64,000 nt of DNA, taken from the NCBI GenBank assembly GCA_963665095.1, contig OY762069.1, forward strand, positions 1,152,001 through 1,216,000, written 5' to 3'. A model generated the notes under the pieces. The model had not been told where the DNA came from. It did not search any database and saw only the letters and a program-made list of their open reading frames with translations. Both the position numbers and the translations under genes were made by a program. The stretch is from an uncultured Desulfobacter sp. (GTDB lineage: Bacteria > Desulfobacterota > Desulfobacteria > Desulfobacterales > Desulfobacteraceae). Positions 62,447-64,000 of this stretch are shown in pieces (position 1 is the stretch's first letter; the number at the start of each line of letters is the position of its first letter).

Positions 62447-63373
62447 ATGCATGACATAAATTTTTTTCACGAACATGAGCTCAAAGAGCATGACTTTTTA
62501 GGCTGCTGCAAGGACTGCCAGAGGAGCCTGGCCATTATTAAGCCATTAATTCTGGGCTTTGCCGATAATATCGGACACTACTCCTATGAGCAGCTTTCAG
62601 AACTTCCGCCCGAAGAGCTGTATCGGCTCTATCAACTCCTGGATGATCTCGCCCACATGGATGCAGGGCCGCATCTTGCCGGCATGCTGCTGGAGGAAAA
62701 AGAGATCCGAGAAGTACTGCTCCTGATCCGCTCATACTACACGGCTTTTTTCAGCATTCACGAACGGCACCTGGCAAAGGAGCTCTTGGCAAGCCCGGAT
62801 CCCTGGAAGCAGATTGAAACCTTTCCTTTGTATCCCCGGTACGAAGCCCTGGTGAAAAACCAGATTCAGGCCATGCATATATCCAGTGAAAAACGACTGG
62901 CGTTTTTAGGTTCCGGTCCCGTACCCCTGACCCTGATTCTTCTGAACCGCTTTTTTAATATTCCGTCGGTGGGTATTGACAGTGATGGAGAAACTGTAGC
63001 GATTTCCAGGAAAATCATTGGCCATCTGGGCCTTGAAAATGACATCGACATTGTCCAGGGAGATGATGCCACTCTCGGGGATCTGGCCTGGGATGTGGTC
63101 CTGGTGGCGGCTCTTGCCGAACCAAAGGCACGGATTTTCTCCCAGCTGCGCAACATCCTGGCCATACGGGGCCCGGCCCCGGTGGTGTTCCGCACCTATA
63201 CAGGTATGAGAGCAGTACTGTACAAGCCAGTTCAGCCTGAAGATATCAAAGGGTTTAAAATTGTCCAGGCGATTCAGCCCACAGGCCGGGTTAATAACAC
63301 CACGGTTTTCATGCAGCTCCAGGAAAACAAACCCCATAAATTCTTAAGCAAACCTGAATTCGATGACTCCTGA
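62447..63373 (+). CDS. Nicotianamine synthase family protein (copy 1)
   Basis: PW..IETFPLYPRYE.L, AFLGSGPVPLT, DVVLVAALAEPK, RTYTGMRAVLY.PV, VNNT are NAS-family motifs. Confidence 0.9.
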   Translation: MHDINFFHEHELKEHDFLGCCKDCQRSLAIIKPLILGFADNIGHYSYEQLSELPPEELYRLYQLLDDLAHMDAGPHLAGMLLEEKEIREVLLLIRSYYTAFFSIHERHLAKELLASPDPWKQIETFPLYPRYEALVKNQIQAMHISSEKRLAFLGSGPVPLTLILLNRFFNIPSVGIDSDGETVAISRKIIGHLGLENDIDIVQGDDATLGDLAWDVVLVAALAEPKARIFSQLRNILAIRGPAPVVFRTYTGMRAVLYKPVQPEDIKGFKIVQAIQPTGRVNNTTVFMQLQENKPHKFLSKPEFDDS

Positions 63374-64000
63374 CCAGATCAAAAAAGAATTTCTTGAAAT
63401 CTATGACACCCTGGCCCCCATAACGGTCCAGGATGTTCTTGAGGGCAGGCACCAGGAGGCATACCCCTGTTTTGACCGGCTTGACCAGATGGCGGTCATA
63501 AATATGGACGACCATACAGCCGAACGTCTGCGCACCAATGCCGAACTCTTTCCGGTACTTGAGCATATCTCCCGGCTGAAACGGACCAACGGCCTTCGCC
63601 TGGAGATCCGCAATGCAAAAATCGTTATTAATTCAGCCACCCCCTGGGAAACCGTCAAACAGTTTGTGTACTACCCCAACTATCTGGAACTTGCCCGCAT
63701 GGAGTACACCGGCGGCCATCTTTCTCCCGGAGACAGGGTAGTTTTTTTAGGCTCCGGCCCCATGCCGCTGACCCTGATCTGCCTTTGCACCCGGTATAAC
63801 ATTATAGGCATCGGTATTGAACAGTTCAAAGAGTACGCCCAGTTATCACGCCAGCTGATCCAGGCCCTGGATCTGAGCAACAAAATCCAGATCATTCAAG
63901 GCAACCACTTCTGCCTTCCCCTGTCCGATCCCTGTAAGCTTATTATGATCGGCGCAGACGCCCTGCCCAAAGATGAAATATTTGCCCATCTGTCAGCCAG
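63363..64000 (+). CDS. Nicotianamine synthase family protein (copy 2), truncated by window end
   Basis: Manual translation from ATG 63363 is open to the window end: MTPDQIKKEF...GLRLE...PWETVKQFVYYPNYLELARME...RVVFLGSGPMPLT...PKDEIF; absent from the ORF track. Confidence 0.9.
   Translation, partial: MTPDQIKKEFLEIYDTLAPITVQDVLEGRHQEAYPCFDRLDQMAVINMDDHTAERLRTNAELFPVLEHISRLKRTNGLRLEIRNAKIVINSATPWETVKQFVYYPNYLELARMEYTGGHLSPGDRVVFLGSGPMPLTLICLCTRYNIIGIGIEQFKEYAQLSRQLIQALDLSNKIQIIQGNHFCLPLSDPCKLIMIGADALPKDEIFAHLSA

Noticed and set aside
62447..63373. Generic SAM methyltransferase annotation
   Set aside because: NAS-specific motifs (YPRY helix, GSGP.PLT, AALAEPK, GMRA.LY.PV, VNNT) support the more specific call.

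Overview
Chromosomal window from a bacterium whose gene content and style point to a sulfate-reducing deltaproteobacterium (Desulfobacteraceae-like; inference). Most of it is housekeeping and accessory metabolism: aspartate kinase, two acyl-CoA synthetases, acnA, malic enzyme, D-amino-acid aminotransferase, a TamB/Omp85 pair, menA, ABC transporters, GGDEF proteins, MCPs, a Ski2-like helicase, ridA, ettA and rtcB. No rRNA, tRNA, CRISPR array or intact transposase/integrase was seen. The best candidate for an undescribed system is at the right end. A Co/Ni ECF-type uptake operon (DUF4198 protein, cbiM, cbiL-like, cbiQ, cbiO) runs directly into two tandem, diverged nicotianamine-synthase-family genes. 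The second is missing from the ORF track because the window truncates it. This suggests a metallophore system coupled to an ECF transporter. Other signals: a dispersed OrpR-type sigma54 regulon linked by a shared GTTGCA-N4-TGCAAC-like motif; a 1.8-kb islet bounded by a 73-bp direct repeat; REP/MITE-like palindromes; an orphan flaG with a sigma28 promoter; and several signalling genes broken by single nonsense or frameshift lesions.
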